NCBI RefSeq assembly: GCF_988243305.1
Contig: NZ_OZ547136.1
Strand: one strand, 5' to 3'
DNA length: 64,000 bases
Positions 63,002-64,000 of this stretch are shown in pieces. The notes beneath the pieces were generated by a model. That model was given only the letters and a program-made list of their open reading frames with translations. It made no database searches and was not told the origin of the DNA. Positions within the stretch are counted from its first letter, which is position 1, and each line of letters starts with the position of its first letter. The position numbers were made by a program, and so were the translations under genes.

Positions 63002-64000
63002 TCATGCCTCGCCATTATTACGAACCCAGGATTTTAACTGTTCTAAAGTAGGCATTTGTTTAACTTGAGCAGTAATTGGGTCTACATCAGATAAGCTGAA
63101 TTGCGCAGCAGCTCCGTTCAGACCATATCCATTGGCAACGCGATCCCAATATTGATTAAACGCCTGTATAGACGGTTGCAAAAAGCCATCTTTCGCTTTA
63201 ACAGCTTTTTCAAAAGCATTTGCCATAGAAAGTGGCATATCGGAGAAATTAACCATTACCATATCCGCAGGGTTAAAAGCGGCATAAGTACGCTGTTTTG
63301 CTCCAGGGACCTCTGTTGCCAGCATATGAACAACATTGGTTGCAATTTCCAGAGCCTGCTCCCTGGAGGCACCACCTAAATTTTCCTGAAGTTGAGCGAG
63401 GTTAATGTTGGCGTAACGATAAAAAACACCCGATGAAAATTCCTGAGTTCCCAGATGTGCAGAACCTTGTTCCTGTAAATCATCTACAGCGGTGAACCAG
63501 TCAATATCTGAATCAACCTGATGAGTAGTGATCGCATGCGCAATGGACATTGCACCATCAACTTTTCCCAACTCACTCATCATGCCGCTGGTTGCCATTC
63601 TTCCGCTAAGCGCAATATCAACACCCTGCTGTAAATTCACACGTATGGCGGCAATATCTTCCTTAAGAACTTTGAGCAGCTTTTTATCATCCAGATTATC
63701 AGCCTCTGCTTTTGCAACCTGCTCACAGAACCAGGCTATTTCTCCCACAACCCAGGGAGTAACCGCATCGGCAGAAATCTTTTCGGCTTCATCAACTAAT
63801 TTACCGGAGAGCAGCGCTAATGTCTTATCGATGATTTTTTGGTCAAAACGTTCACCAAGTTTTTGCCGAAGAACATCACGTAATTGTGCAAGATGAATTG
63901 TTCTGAGACTGGATTCACCAATATTTTGTGCGTAATAATCACTTTTACGCATCGCACGTTTAAGGCTTTGACTTGAAATTCTTACTCGTCTTTTCCCGCC
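63002..64000 (-). CDS. cas7: Cas7e (CasC) Cascade backbone subunit, 5' end beyond the window
   Basis: C-terminal 316+ aa of a CasC-like protein; the frame is open to the window edge. Confidence 0.85.
   Translation of the reverse strand, partial: GGKRRVRISSQSLKRAMRKSDYYAQNIGESSLRTIHLAQLRDVLRQKLGERFDQKIIDKTLALLSGKLVDEAEKISADAVTPWVVGEIAWFCEQVAKAEADNLDDKKLLKVLKEDIAAIRVNLQQGVDIALSGRMATSGMMSELGKVDGAMSIAHAITTHQVDSDIDWFTAVDDLQEQGSAHLGTQEFSSGVFYRYANINLAQLQENLGGASREQALEIATNVVHMLATEVPGAKQRTYAAFNPADMVMVNFSDMPLSMANAFEKAVKAKDGFLQPSIQAFNQYWDRVANGYGLNGAAAQFSLSDVDPITAQVKQMPTLEQLKSWVRNNGEA

Overview
This window is a contiguous stretch of an Escherichia coli / Shigella-type chromosome, recognised by reading the translated ORFs against my memory of the K-12 proteins. 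It runs from tRNA-Arg/tRNA-Ser through csrA-alaS-recX-recA-pncC-mltB, the srl/gut sorbitol operon, norRVW, hypF-hydN, ascGFB, the hyc/hyp formate hydrogenlyase and hydrogenase maturation genes, fhlA, ygbA, mutS, the mutS-rpoS variable segment, rpoS-nlpD-pcm-surE-truD-ispFD-ftsB-ygbE-cysCND and iap, and ends in a type I-E CRISPR array with cas2-cas1-cas6e-cas5-cas7 (cas7 runs off the window). I do not see a large undescribed multi-gene system. What deviates from the K-12 arrangement as I recall it is: (1) a HigA-like HTH gene plus a BIME/REP pair between ascB and hycI; (2) a tandem-TOBE (di-Mop) gene between fhlA and ygbA; (3) an AT-rich islet with a secreted Sel1-repeat protein between mutS and pphB; (4) a UbiD/UbiX/small-subunit decarboxylase module with a divergent MarR regulator in place of ygbI-ygbN; (5) rpoS broken by a roughly 14-bp deletion frameshift; (6) pphB broken by an in-frame TAA between two catalytic motifs; (7) a 39-spacer CRISPR array with a tandem duplication of a three-spacer block and two adjacent near-identical spacers. 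No IS element, integrase or prophage gene was seen. CDS ends follow the supplied ORF track, with starts trimmed where I recognised the native N-terminus; motif coordinates were read by eye and may be off by a few nt. All homology statements are from memory, not from a search.
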